64,000 nt of DNA from IMG/VR virus record IMGVR_UViG_3300025909_000005; one strand, written 5' to 3'. Both the position numbers and the translations under genes were made by a program. Shown here one piece after another: positions 46,798 through 55,561 of this stretch. Source of the stretch: a virus. Taxonomy: Duplodnaviria; Caudoviricetes. The notes under the pieces were generated by a model. The model searched no databases, was not told where the DNA came from, and saw only the letters and a program-made list of their open reading frames with translations. Numbering within the stretch: the first letter of the stretch is position 1; each line of letters begins with the position of its first letter.

Positions 46798-48258
46798 ATG
46801 AACCTCGCGACCCTCTGCCACGACGAAGCAACTTCCACCTGGTACGCCACCTTCAATGGTGAGACGGTGATGAGCTCAGTCGGTGGCGAGTCATCACGGA
46901 AGTACATCATCGAGCGCATCACGCAAGGCAAGTCTGCCAAGTGTCGCAAGCTCGGCATCGTCGGCTTCGACAACGTGCGCGAAGCCTTCGCACCCAACCC
47001 CCTCGCCAAGTCCGTCAGCCAAGCGTACGTTGAGCCTGTGAAGGCGAACAACGAGCTCTCCGTGCAGGAGCGCTACGACCTCCTCGACGAGTGTGTCGAA
47101 ATCGTGCTGCAAGGCCACGTGACCTCGCTCATCATCACCGGCCTCGGTGGTCTGGGCAAGACGTACCACACGAAGGCGAAGATCAAGGAACACAACCTCG
47201 TCTCGGTCGATGAAGCCAAGCTCATCGAGGAGACCCTCTCCGAAGAAGACCGCGACATCATCGAGCGCATCGAGCTGAAGATGGCCCAGTGCAAGTACAT
47301 CGCCGAGGCCTTCTACAAGACGCACGACAGGGACGCCAAGCCGCTGAAGAAGGCGAAGTCGAAGGAGGACGATGACGAACCCGAAGAGGAGCTCGAACTT
47401 GAGCTGAACTTCGGCAAGGTTAGCTACGACCTCCAGAAGTCCGACGACATCAAGGACCGCCGTTGTGCCGGCCAGTACTACCCGGGCACCCACGCCTACC
47501 GCTTCAACCTCACGCTGGCAAAGGAGAACCTCGACGACTTCATCGAGATCGTCGTGCCTCATGAGATCGCCCACCAAATCGACCACATCCTGCACCCGAA
47601 GGAGTCCGCGAAGGCGCCTCATGGCAAGAACTGGCAGACTGTCATGACGAAGTGCTTCAAGATTCCGGGCGACCGCTACCACACATACGATATTTCCACG
47701 GTCAAGAATACGCCTGAGCTGAAGGGCGACTACCACTACATGAAAGGCTACTCGTCGGCGAAGGGTCTCTACCGCACGCTGTACGAGAACCGGAAGAAGC
47801 TGGTAGTGTTCGACGACTGCGATGCGGCGTGGAAGAACGAAGTCGGCGCGAACATCCTCAAGGCCGCGCTTGACACCGACGAAGACCGCTGGGTCACGTG
47901 GAACGTCGAGCAGAACATGAACGACGATCTGCCGACGAGCTTCCTGTTCGAAGGCCGAGTCATCTTCATCTCTAACGTCCGGTCGCAGGACTTCCCTCAG
48001 CCGCTTGTCTCACGCGCCCTCCGCGCTGACATCGAGCTCACGACCGAGGAGACTTTCGAACGCATGCGTCAGCTCCTCTCGAGCGAGAGCTTCGCACCCG
48101 GCATCTCGATGGAGGTCAAGCAAATGGGCTACGACTTCCTCTACGAGAACCGAGACCGGGCGGCGGAGCTGACGACTCGCTCGCTGCTCAACGTCATCAA
48201 GGTCGCCAACACAGGCTCGAAGCTGTGGAAGCGGATCGCTCTCTCGAACATTCAATAA
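46798..48258 (+). CDS. AAA-type P-loop ATPase with inserted SprT-like metalloprotease domain
   Basis: Walker A GLGGLGKT; RCAGQ...PHEIAHQ...HGKNWQ (SprT); Walker B LVVFDDCD; NILKAALDT. Confidence 0.75.
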   Translation: MNLATLCHDEATSTWYATFNGETVMSSVGGESSRKYIIERITQGKSAKCRKLGIVGFDNVREAFAPNPLAKSVSQAYVEPVKANNELSVQERYDLLDECVEIVLQGHVTSLIITGLGGLGKTYHTKAKIKEHNLVSVDEAKLIEETLSEEDRDIIERIELKMAQCKYIAEAFYKTHDRDAKPLKKAKSKEDDDEPEEELELELNFGKVSYDLQKSDDIKDRRCAGQYYPGTHAYRFNLTLAKENLDDFIEIVVPHEIAHQIDHILHPKESAKAPHGKNWQTVMTKCFKIPGDRYHTYDISTVKNTPELKGDYHYMKGYSSAKGLYRTLYENRKKLVVFDDCDAAWKNEVGANILKAALDTDEDRWVTWNVEQNMNDDLPTSFLFEGRVIFISNVRSQDFPQPLVSRALRADIELTTEETFERMRQLLSSESFAPGISMEVKQMGYDFLYENRDRAAELTTRSLLNVIKVANTGSKLWKRIALSNIQ

Positions 48259-48264
48259 GGTCAC

Positions 48265-48423
48265 ATGGAAGGTTTCTACACCATCATTGTCGGCATCTGC
48301 GCTGTCCTTGGCACGATGGCGTGGGGTCCGGCAGGCATCCTCTTCGGAGCTCTCATTGGCGTGGTCCTCTGCACGCTGTGCTGGTGTCTGCTCTGGTGGC
48401 TCATCTACTTTCGAAAGCACTGA
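48265..48423 (+). CDS. small membrane protein
   Basis: AAGG SD; hydrophobic 52 aa; absent from ORF track. Confidence 0.6.
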   Translation: MEGFYTIIVGICAVLGTMAWGPAGILFGALIGVVLCTLCWCLLWWLIYFRKH

Positions 48424-48591
48424 ATGGAACCAATCAGCTTGCCTGCCAATCCCGCTGACGGCCAAGTCGCGGTAGTTGATGGGAAGAAGTACGTGTGGCG
48501 CGACCGTTACACGTCGTGGTTCTTCATCGATGAGCCACCCGAACTGCCGGTTCCTCCGTTGCTTCGAATCCCGTTACCAAGAGAGGTGTAA
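48424..48591 (+). CDS. hypothetical 55-aa protein
   Basis: ATG abuts upstream stop. Confidence 0.5.
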   Translation: MEPISLPANPADGQVAVVDGKKYVWRDRYTSWFFIDEPPELPVPPLLRIPLPREV

Positions 48592-48606
48592 CAGTTGATG
48601 GAGATG

Positions 48607-48634
48607 TGTACATCTGGAGAGATGTGCTTATAAT
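48607..48634 (+). promoter_or_regulatory. early promoter
   Basis: TGTACA-N16-TATAAT-GAATTCATC. Confidence 0.75.
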
Positions 48635-48667
48635 GAATTCATCAACCAAACAACCTGGTTCCCCAAC

Positions 48668-49099
48668 ATGACCAAGCCGATCAAGCAAACCGCTCGCCAA
48701 ACCTACGAAATCCTGGAAAAGCTGCGGAAGATGCAGGCAGCGAATCCCACCGTCGAACGCGCCGCCCAAATCGAGAAGATGAAGATCGTCGCGGACTCGC
48801 TGATGGACAGCGAAATGGCTGCGAAGCTCAAATCCTTCGAAGCCAAGCACCAAGGCGCCGACTGGTGGCAGATCATGGAGGCCAACTACCCCGTGATCAA
48901 GGACGAAGCCCGCAACTCGTGGGTCGTCACCAGCAAGGCCCGCGAATGGGAAAACGCCCCCGAGTGGGAGTTCCACTACAAGTACGACGCGTTGGCAAAG
49001 GTTCAGCAGCTCGTGCGTTGGATCGCTGATGGCCGCCGCCGCGGCTTCGGCGATGTCGAAACCGATCTGGAGAAGTTCCATGCCAAATTCGCAGCCTGA
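48668..49099 (+). CDS. hypothetical early protein
   Basis: Strong codon bias, directly after promoter. Confidence 0.75.
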   Translation: MTKPIKQTARQTYEILEKLRKMQAANPTVERAAQIEKMKIVADSLMDSEMAAKLKSFEAKHQGADWWQIMEANYPVIKDEARNSWVVTSKAREWENAPEWEFHYKYDALAKVQQLVRWIADGRRRGFGDVETDLEKFHAKFAA

Positions 49100-49199
49100 A
49101 GGCGACAAGGACGACAGCGTCTGTCCTGAGCTTTCGGTCGGACAACTGATCCTAATCGCAATCGTGGGGGCAGTCGTCTTCGCACTGTTTGCGCATTGA
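49080..49199 (+). CDS. 39-aa protein with C-terminal TM
   Basis: Fills gap; overlaps next start (TTGA). Confidence 0.4.
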   Translation: MPNSQPEGDKDDSVCPELSVGQLILIAIVGAVVFALFAH

Positions 49200-49366
49200 T
49201 CAGCTTCACAACTTTCCTGGCATACGTGATCGTGTGCCTTCTCTGCTCGATCGCCACCATGATCGGGCTTTTCCTGTTGACCTTCTTCGGTGTCATCGTG
49301 CTCCTGTGGTTCGAGTCCCGTCGAGAAATAAGAGAGCGATACGACGATGATGCTCATCACCACTGA
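49196..49366 (+). CDS. small membrane protein
   Basis: TTG overlapping TGA; long hydrophobic run. Confidence 0.5.
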   Translation: MISFTTFLAYVIVCLLCSIATMIGLFLLTFFGVIVLLWFESRREIRERYDDDAHHH

Positions 49367-49718
49367 ATTGATGGAGGTCGAGTGCCTCCTGTGGTACGAT
49401 GGTCCCCTCATGTCCCACTATCAGCAGGGAGATGACCACTTCATCTCCCTCTGGGTGGACACCGAGGAGCTCAGCGATGACCCGCCAGTCTATCATGACC
49501 TTGCGTTGATGATTCGCGCGCCACTCGAATCGATCGAGCTGCTGAAGACCAACAAGCTCTTCGTGCGTGACTTCGAGGAGCACCACGCCCTCGAGATGGC
49601 AATCTACGACTACGACAAGTTCGAAGGCGAGGGCGACCCTGCCGACTTCGCAATGATGGTGGAACAGAACTGGGCTGCCTCGCCCGGCTACTACCTTCAC
49701 TACGTTCCAAAAGAGTAG
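49347..49718 (+). CDS. hypothetical acidic protein
   Basis: ORF with phage-like codon usage. Confidence 0.65.
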   Translation: MMLITTELMEVECLLWYDGPLMSHYQQGDDHFISLWVDTEELSDDPPVYHDLALMIRAPLESIELLKTNKLFVRDFEEHHALEMAIYDYDKFEGEGDPADFAMMVEQNWAASPGYYLHYVPKE

Positions 49719-49746
49719 TGTACACCTGCGCGCGTCTTGATATAAT
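49719..49746 (+). promoter_or_regulatory. early promoter
   Basis: TGTACA-N16-TATAAT-GGATTCATC. Confidence 0.75.
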
Positions 49747-49771
49747 GGATTCATCGCAACGGAGTCCATCC

Positions 49772-50083
49772 ATGAACACCTTCATCGGCACCACGATCTC
49801 GACCTCCCGCTTCACCTTCTCGCCCAAGAGCGGTGAGTTCGTCACCGAAGCATCGGACCTCCACGGCATCCCCACCTTCATGTCGCAGCTCTACGCCGAC
49901 TCCGGCGAGATCGGCTTCCGCATGGAGAACCACCAGACGGGTCGCTCTGTCGACTTTGTCATCTCCGACCAGCGCCGCAACGCCGAACAGGAACTGCAGT
50001 ACTGGGAATTCAAGCCGTCGGCGGCGGACCTCGCCTTCGATCGCAACCTGGCCGACATTCGTGTCGTCATCTTCAATGACTGA
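49772..50083 (+). CDS. hypothetical early protein
   Basis: GGAG SD. Confidence 0.75.
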   Translation: MNTFIGTTISTSRFTFSPKSGEFVTEASDLHGIPTFMSQLYADSGEIGFRMENHQTGRSVDFVISDQRRNAEQELQYWEFKPSAADLAFDRNLADIRVVIFND

Positions 50084-50438
50084 AAGCGAAGACAAACCCA
50101 CGTGCATGCCGCCGTATGCGCCACCGCCGACGATCATGCCGGCGCACCTCGTGCGCAGCGTGGACTACGCCAACAACGGACTCCTCTGGATCATCGACCG
50201 TGGCTTCGGCGGGATCGATGAGCTGAAGCTCGTCATGCCCGAGTACAAGGAGCCGGTCCTGTTCCACCACGTGGAAGATCACGCGCCGAATGGGGCGCCG
50301 TGCCGCGAGTTCAAGAACGAGGAAGGCAACCTGACCTTCCGTGTGTACAACTGGGGCTTCGGCCCGGTTGACCTCAAGAAGGACCTGACGCGACTGCCGT
50401 CGATCCCGAACGACGGGGTCTCCGAATGGCTGAAGTGA
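50076..50438 (+). CDS. hypothetical protein
   Basis: ATG overlapping upstream end. Confidence 0.65.
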   Translation: MTESEDKPTCMPPYAPPPTIMPAHLVRSVDYANNGLLWIIDRGFGGIDELKLVMPEYKEPVLFHHVEDHAPNGAPCREFKNEEGNLTFRVYNWGFGPVDLKKDLTRLPSIPNDGVSEWLK

Positions 50439-50692
50439 TTCGGCTGTGGGGTCACCTGCGTCGCATTAGTCTCCTTGACGTCATTTCACTCGGTGGGGCC
50501 GTCATTGGTTCGCTGTTGCTCGCCTCGAACACACAGTACTCCAAGTGGGGCTACATCTTCTACATGGGTGGCACGTTCGCCTCTATCTGGATCATGCTTC
50601 ACTCGAACGTGAGTCGCTCTCAGGTCATCATCAACTTCTGGTTCATAGGCATGAACACGCTTGGTATCGTGCGCTGGTTCGGCATTCTGTGA
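50426..50692 (+). CDS. small multi-pass membrane protein
   Basis: Three TM-like segments. Confidence 0.65.
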   Translation: MAEVIRLWGHLRRISLLDVISLGGAVIGSLLLASNTQYSKWGYIFYMGGTFASIWIMLHSNVSRSQVIINFWFIGMNTLGIVRWFGIL

Positions 50693-50714
50693 ACACGCAG
50701 GATAGCCTCCGGCT

Positions 50715-50720
50715 TATAAT
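50715..50720 (+). promoter_or_regulatory. -10 box, predicted leaderless start
   Basis: GTGAACACG-N17-TATAAT-gaacc-ATG(50726). Confidence 0.6.
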
Positions 50721-50725
50721 GAACC

Positions 50726-50911
50726 ATGAATAAGCCGAAGAGATTCAACTTTTGGACATGGAAGGTCGCCTTCACCACGGGCGTGTGCTTCGTGTTCCTT
50801 GCCGGCTACCTTGGTGAGGAGGGCCATCCAGGCCTCACCATGGCCGCTGCCACGACGGCGTTTCTCTTCTTTACATTGACCTTCGCGCTAGCGCTGGCCA
50901 GCGATGACTGA
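50726..50911 (+). CDS. small membrane protein
   Basis: Two TMs. Confidence 0.65.
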   Translation: MNKPKRFNFWTWKVAFTTGVCFVFLAGYLGEEGHPGLTMAAATTAFLFFTLTFALALASDD

Positions 50912-51125
50912 CCTGCTCGACACCACCCCATGCAAACTGCACCAGTACTGGCCAGTTCGCTGGTTTCTGGGCGGTTGGTGGCTCATGATGAAGGACGATG
51001 AGAAGTGGTACCCAGCGCACCGCGTCAACCTCTACGAGGGAGAGAGCGGGTCGTTCTTCCTGACACGGGCGACGACGATCAACCTCAAAGACCCGCGAAT
51101 TCTGAGAATCGAGAAACTGAGATGA
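50904..51125 (+). CDS. hypothetical protein
   Basis: Overlapping start. Confidence 0.6.
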   Translation: MTDLLDTTPCKLHQYWPVRWFLGGWWLMMKDDEKWYPAHRVNLYEGESGSFFLTRATTINLKDPRILRIEKLR

Positions 51126-51313
51126 AGTTCACGCGGATCATGAGCGCTGACGAAGAGCACATCACCTTCGTGATCGATGGTGAAATTGCGAGCAGGACCT
51201 CCTACGACGAGGTTGGCTCAGAGGGCATGCGCTCGATGAGCAAGATGTTCGAGGCGATGGCCAAGATGCTTGGCGAAAAAGTCGTTGACGAATTCGAAGA
51301 TTGGGAGGAGTGA
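51122..51313 (+). CDS. hypothetical protein
   Basis: ATGA overlap at 51122. Confidence 0.65.
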   Translation: MKFTRIMSADEEHITFVIDGEIASRTSYDEVGSEGMRSMSKMFEAMAKMLGEKVVDEFEDWEE

Positions 51314-51549
51314 TGGCATTTCTTTGGATCGCAATCTACGTCCTGATCTTCGGCACGGCGCTCTCGCTCATCGTCTCAGGCGGCATCTTCCTCCTCATCT
51401 GGTGGGAGGCGCGCTCGCGCGCCAGAACTTCACGAAGCTGGGGTCTCACGCGTATGGAGACCTGGCTCATGAGCACCGTTGGTTTCCTCTTCACTGCCCT
51501 CGGAATCGGTCTAATCGGCTACGGGGTCTACCTCATCTTCTCGAAATGA
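51313..51549 (+). CDS. small membrane protein
   Basis: TGATG coupling; two TMs. Confidence 0.65.
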   Translation: MAFLWIAIYVLIFGTALSLIVSGGIFLLIWWEARSRARTSRSWGLTRMETWLMSTVGFLFTALGIGLIGYGVYLIFSK

Positions 51550-51713
51550 AATACGCACTCATCTCCATTCTCTCGATCCTCTGCGCCTTCTTCATCATCG
51601 GCGTGGTAGTGAAGCTGTCCATCCTAGTCGCTGAGATTATCGTCCTTGCGCTGTCCATCGGCGCCATCTACCTCGTCATCAAGCTGATGAACAAGCCTGA
51701 CAAGGCGAAGTGA
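51546..51713 (+). CDS. small membrane protein
   Basis: ATGA overlap; two TMs. Confidence 0.6.
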   Translation: MKYALISILSILCAFFIIGVVVKLSILVAEIIVLALSIGAIYLVIKLMNKPDKAK

Positions 51714-51952
51714 TGGTTGACAATCTCACCAAGCTAAAGGGCAACACGGTCAAAATGGCCACTCCAGTTCTGGAGTGGGATGACCCAAAGAAGGGCCCAA
51801 AGTCAGAGTTTTCGATGCTCACGCACGACACGGCGGGGCAGGGCTGGATCTTCACGGTGATCGCGGAGCTTGACAAGAACGGGAAGCCAGTTCTCAAGAT
51901 CAAGCGCTCCAAAGAGAAATTCATTCCCTTGATCCAGCCTGTTCGATTCTGA
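51710..51952 (+). CDS. hypothetical protein
   Basis: GTGA overlap. Confidence 0.6.
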   Translation: MMVDNLTKLKGNTVKMATPVLEWDDPKKGPKSEFSMLTHDTAGQGWIFTVIAELDKNGKPVLKIKRSKEKFIPLIQPVRF

Positions 51953-51999
51953 GTGGTTCCTCTCTGCAGGCGTAAATACCTGCAGACAAGGAGACTCAC

Positions 52000-52407
52000 A
52001 TGAACAATACCCAACCGCACGAGGTGCTGATCGATCAGGCAAACCGTGCAGCGATTCAGATGATGAGAGGTGTCGGTGACCTGATCGAGATTGCAGGCGC
52101 CTACATGGAACAGGGGGAAGTCGTCACCGAAAGTGACGCCATCAAGCGTGAAGGTATCACGTCCGCTGTTGAAGAACTTGCCCGCCTGACAAAGCTCCTC
52201 GGAGCTGAAGTCGTGCGTTGGAAGAAGGAAGAGCCACGGATTATCAGCCGCTCCGGTATTGAGGGCGATATCCTGAATGAGCTCATGGCGAACGTGGAAT
52301 CATCCCTGATGTTCTTCATCATGGAGAACCAGGACCTCGGAAACTTCAATCGTGATGAGATGAAGGCCGCGTACTCCGACCTCGTAAGGTGTAACCAACT
52401 CCTCTGA
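52000..52407 (+). CDS. hypothetical late protein
   Basis: TAAATA 51973-78, AAGGAG SD. Confidence 0.75.
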   Translation: MNNTQPHEVLIDQANRAAIQMMRGVGDLIEIAGAYMEQGEVVTESDAIKREGITSAVEELARLTKLLGAEVVRWKKEEPRIISRSGIEGDILNELMANVESSLMFFIMENQDLGNFNRDEMKAAYSDLVRCNQLL

Positions 52408-52444
52408 GTGTTTACGCTGCGAGGAATCAGGAGTATAATGAACC

Positions 52445-52582
52445 ATGTTCAGAAAAACCTTCGCCATCACCTTCTTCGTGCCATGCCTGCTCTGCCGCTG
52501 CGTCGTTGACGCGGGTAGGGCGATGAAGGAGGCCGCTCGAATGGAACTTCGAGGGCTCAAGCGTATCCTTCGTGGATTCTGA
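52445..52582 (+). CDS. 45-aa protein, predicted leaderless
   Basis: TATAAT(52434-39)-gaacc-ATG; absent from ORF track. Confidence 0.5.
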   Translation: MFRKTFAITFFVPCLLCRCVVDAGRAMKEAARMELRGLKRILRGF

Positions 52583-52775
52583 GAAGAAGGCTTCGGCCCT
52601 CGAGTCAGTCGTAACGAACGCGATCGGGTTCGCGTACACCGTTGCGCTCTCCATGATCTTCTCAGATCAGGACTTCTGGAAGAGCGCAGAGTTCAGCTCG
52701 TTTATTCTCGTGCTGAACATCATTCGTTCGTTCGTTGTGAGCGTGATCTTCAAGAAGATCCGCGGTAAGGATTAG
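52572..52775 (+). CDS. small membrane protein
   Basis: Two TM-like segments. Confidence 0.55.
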   Translation: MDSEKKASALESVVTNAIGFAYTVALSMIFSDQDFWKSAEFSSFILVLNIIRSFVVSVIFKKIRGKD

Positions 52776-53287
52776 TCGGCTAGGTAGCCGCCCTTGGCGC
52801 TGAACTCACCCATCTTTTCGTCGCCGTCGAAGGCGGCCCAAGTTTCGTCGCCATCTTCCTTGTTGCCAGCAATCTTCTTGACCTGGAAACCGGCTGCCTT
52901 GGCCTGCGTTGTCCACGTCTGCTGATCACCTGGCTCGAATGTTTGGCGGTCCTCACGCATCGTGCGGTGCTGGGCGTAGTCGTCGCGCTCCTTACCGTTG
53001 AGGCTTGGATAGCCACCCTGTGGGTAACCCTTGTCGTTGCCCCTCTCTGTGCGTTCCTTGGCCTTCAACCATTCTTCGTCGCGCTTCTTCTTGAGAGCAT
53101 TGCGACGATCTTCATCCGCCTTCTTCTTGTCAGCAAGCTTCTGCTGAGCAAGGGTGAGCTTCTCCTTCTTGCCTTCCTTGTCTTCGGACCTGCCGAAGAT
53201 CTTGCCGAAGACCTCGTCGATCTTTTCTGCCGAAGCGTCGACGGTGTTGTCGATGAAGGCGTTGAACTGCTTGAAGGAGACGGTCAT
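52772..53287 (-). CDS. late highly charged protein, candidate internal head protein
   Basis: MTVSFKQF N-terminus; TATAAATA at 53320-27 on minus strand. Confidence 0.75.
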   Translation of the reverse strand: MTVSFKQFNAFIDNTVDASAEKIDEVFGKIFGRSEDKEGKKEKLTLAQQKLADKKKADEDRRNALKKKRDEEWLKAKERTERGNDKGYPQGGYPSLNGKERDDYAQHRTMREDRQTFEPGDQQTWTTQAKAAGFQVKKIAGNKEDGDETWAAFDGDEKMGEFSAKGGYLAD

Positions 53288-53319
53288 TGGGATCCCAGTG
53301 TGTGGATTCTAGATGCGGG

Positions 53320-53327
53320 TATTTATA
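53320..53327 (-). promoter_or_regulatory. T4-consensus late promoter TATAAATA
   Basis: Exact T4 late -10 consensus, 32 nt before ATG. Confidence 0.7.
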
Positions 53328-53403
53328 TCGGTCCTGAACAATCAAGTGACCCGAGTGATCAAAATGTTACAATCAGCCATCAAGACGAACAACCGGAGGA
53401 TAA

Positions 53404-54060
53404 ATGGCACGTAAATCAAAGGACCTGGCAATCGAGCTCTTGAGCCACTCGATGCTTTCAAGTGGACTCTTCAGCGAGGGCGCGGTCAAGCTGGTTCAAG
53501 ATTGCAAGGTGACGAAGGACGAAATCGACTCGGCTCTTCGAACCGCCTGGTCAGACCTACTTCCTGACCCCCATCCTGTAAAGGACCGCTACGTCATCGG
53601 CTTCATCTTCGACGAGGAACGCAAGCACGTTCTCCTGGTCTGGAAGAACCGTCCGGCATGGCAGAATGGGAAGCTCAACGCCCCAGGTGGCAAGGTCGAG
53701 GAAAACGAATCGGCACTTCTCGCAGTTCAACGTGAGATCGCGGAAGAGACAGGCATCAAGACCGACTTCCACCACTGGCGCTACGTTGGTCGCCGCTTCC
53801 GTGCAGCAATGTCTCCGAAGCAGGACTTCTCGTACAGCCTCCAGATGTTCGTTACCGAGGTTCCGCTCGTGGACATGAAGGCAGCACAAGAGTGGCAGAC
53901 CGATGAGGAGGTCGTGGCCCTGCCACTGAACATGGAGATCATCAAGCGCCGCGGCGTACCGTCCCTGGTCTGGGCCACAGACGCAGCGCTCGCGGCTCTC
54001 GACACCGGCCTGATCATCGAGGTTGAGGATCCGGCAATCTTCCCAGAGGATGACCAGTGA
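53404..54060 (+). CDS. NUDIX hydrolase (MutT-like)
   Basis: NAPGGKVEENESALLAVQREIAEETG; GGAGG SD; TACAAT upstream. Confidence 0.88.
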   Translation: MARKSKDLAIELLSHSMLSSGLFSEGAVKLVQDCKVTKDEIDSALRTAWSDLLPDPHPVKDRYVIGFIFDEERKHVLLVWKNRPAWQNGKLNAPGGKVEENESALLAVQREIAEETGIKTDFHHWRYVGRRFRAAMSPKQDFSYSLQMFVTEVPLVDMKAAQEWQTDEEVVALPLNMEIIKRRGVPSLVWATDAALAALDTGLIIEVEDPAIFPEDDQ

Positions 54061-54410
54061 AAGAACGAACCCTCATCAAGGTCGTCGCCACCATCATCAC
54101 CGGCATCGGGAATGGCAGGATGAAGACCGAGCTGGGGCGTGGCATTGTACCGCTCAAGCGCGGTGTTTCTCTACTCGACTTCATCTCCGCCTTCTTGATC
54201 GAACGTGACGTCTCGGCTACCCTTGTGCAACGCGAGGAGAACCTGTGGGCCACCGCGCCCATCATGTCACTGAACACCGAGCCAAGGCAGGTGATGACCT
54301 TCCACTTCATGACCTTTCCAGTGTCAGAGCTCGGCTACTATGCCAAGGACCTGACCAAGGCGGAGCTTGAACGTGACATGAAGCAACTCAAGAGGTTGAT
54401 CAATGGCTGA
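54057..54410 (+). CDS. hypothetical protein
   Basis: GTGA overlap. Confidence 0.6.
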   Translation: MKERTLIKVVATIITGIGNGRMKTELGRGIVPLKRGVSLLDFISAFLIERDVSATLVQREENLWATAPIMSLNTEPRQVMTFHFMTFPVSELGYYAKDLTKAELERDMKQLKRLING

Positions 54411-55011
54411 CGTAATCGGGCTGAGCGGCCCACAAGGTGGCGGTAAGACCACGCTTCTCAACGGCCTTGCAGGCGAGAACATTATCGTGGATGACTTCAA
54501 GGTATCCCGTGCGGTTCAGGCTCAGCTCGGCTGGTCAACTCTCGAGAACGTGCTGGAAGATCCAGTCACGATGAAGCAGTTCCAAACTGCCATTCTCGAG
54601 CAGAAGATCGCGCGCGAGAAAGAGAACAAGCTGCGTGAAGATGTCAAGTACATCTTGACAGAGCGAACGTTTGCTGACATCGCCGCCTACACACAGCTCT
54701 GGTGCTGGGAGCTCGCACATCAGAACAAGTGGTCGATCGCGGATGCCGTTGACTTCTCGCTTGGCTTCATTCAAGAATGTGCACGCGCTCAACACATCTA
54801 CTCAGGCAACATCTACCTTCCATCCATGCCGCACGTTCAGTGGCAGGCCGACCCGCACCGCGCCAAGCAGGAGCACACGCAGTTCATTACGGATGAGCTC
54901 GAGGGCTTCTTTGCGCGCAAGCACCCAGAGAACGTTCCTGTCTTCAGGATCACTGAGGGCTCCGTGCAGGGTAGAATTGATCAAGTGAACAAATGGCTGT
55001 CGACCCTCTAA
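54403..55011 (+). CDS. P-loop kinase-like protein (NadR/AAA_28-like)
   Basis: GPQGGGKTT; ILTERTFADIAAY. Confidence 0.7.
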   Translation: MADVIGLSGPQGGGKTTLLNGLAGENIIVDDFKVSRAVQAQLGWSTLENVLEDPVTMKQFQTAILEQKIAREKENKLREDVKYILTERTFADIAAYTQLWCWELAHQNKWSIADAVDFSLGFIQECARAQHIYSGNIYLPSMPHVQWQADPHRAKQEHTQFITDELEGFFARKHPENVPVFRITEGSVQGRIDQVNKWLSTL

Positions 55012-55196
55012 CGGCATACGCGGAAGGGATCAAGGCAGGCCACAAGTCGTTTCGCGAAGGTGAGCATGTTGAGAACCCCTATGAACGCCACAGTCCTGAA
55101 TGGCACGCCTTTGAAGAGGGAGCCTGCCATGGCTGGGGTGACGCGTACTATTACGAGTACCAGATCGACGATGATGAACAACCTTGGGGTGGATGA
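54993..55196 (+). CDS. hypothetical protein
   Basis: AYAEG...NPY...EW..FEEG pattern common in phage small proteins. Confidence 0.6.
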   Translation: MAVDPLTAYAEGIKAGHKSFREGEHVENPYERHSPEWHAFEEGACHGWGDAYYYEYQIDDDEQPWGG

Positions 55197-55561
55197 TGTG
55201 GCCAAGGCCTGAAGACTACACACGGTTCAAGAACTTGGAACCCATTGAAGATCTCCCTGGCTGCTATCAGCTGAAGCCTGAAGGTGAGCGAACTGGCGAG
55301 CCCATGTCTCCTGAGCGGCGTGAGAAGATCAATGCAGCCATTGCCAAGTTTCAGACTGACACGAACAAACTGTTAGAAGAGCTTCGTCCCAAGTGGGCAG
55401 AAGAAGCCCGCATGTTGGCCGAGCACCGCGCGCGTATCGCTGAAGGGCGACGTAGAGTCGAGGAAAGAATCGAACGCGAGCTTGCAGAAGAACGAGAACA
55501 GGCCAGGTGGGAGAAGCTTTCTCTCTGGCAGAAATTCAAGGAATGGTGGAAATCCGCATGA
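55193..55561 (+). CDS. hypothetical coiled-coil protein
   Basis: ATGA overlap. Confidence 0.65.
   Translation: MMWPRPEDYTRFKNLEPIEDLPGCYQLKPEGERTGEPMSPERREKINAAIAKFQTDTNKLLEELRPKWAEEARMLAEHRARIAEGRRRVEERIERELAEEREQARWEKLSLWQKFKEWWKSA

Noticed and set aside
49300-49325. GGTTCGAGTCC resembles a tRNA T-loop
   Set aside because: The T-stem does not pair beyond 2 bp, there are no acceptor, D or anticodon arms, and it lies inside a hydrophobic ORF
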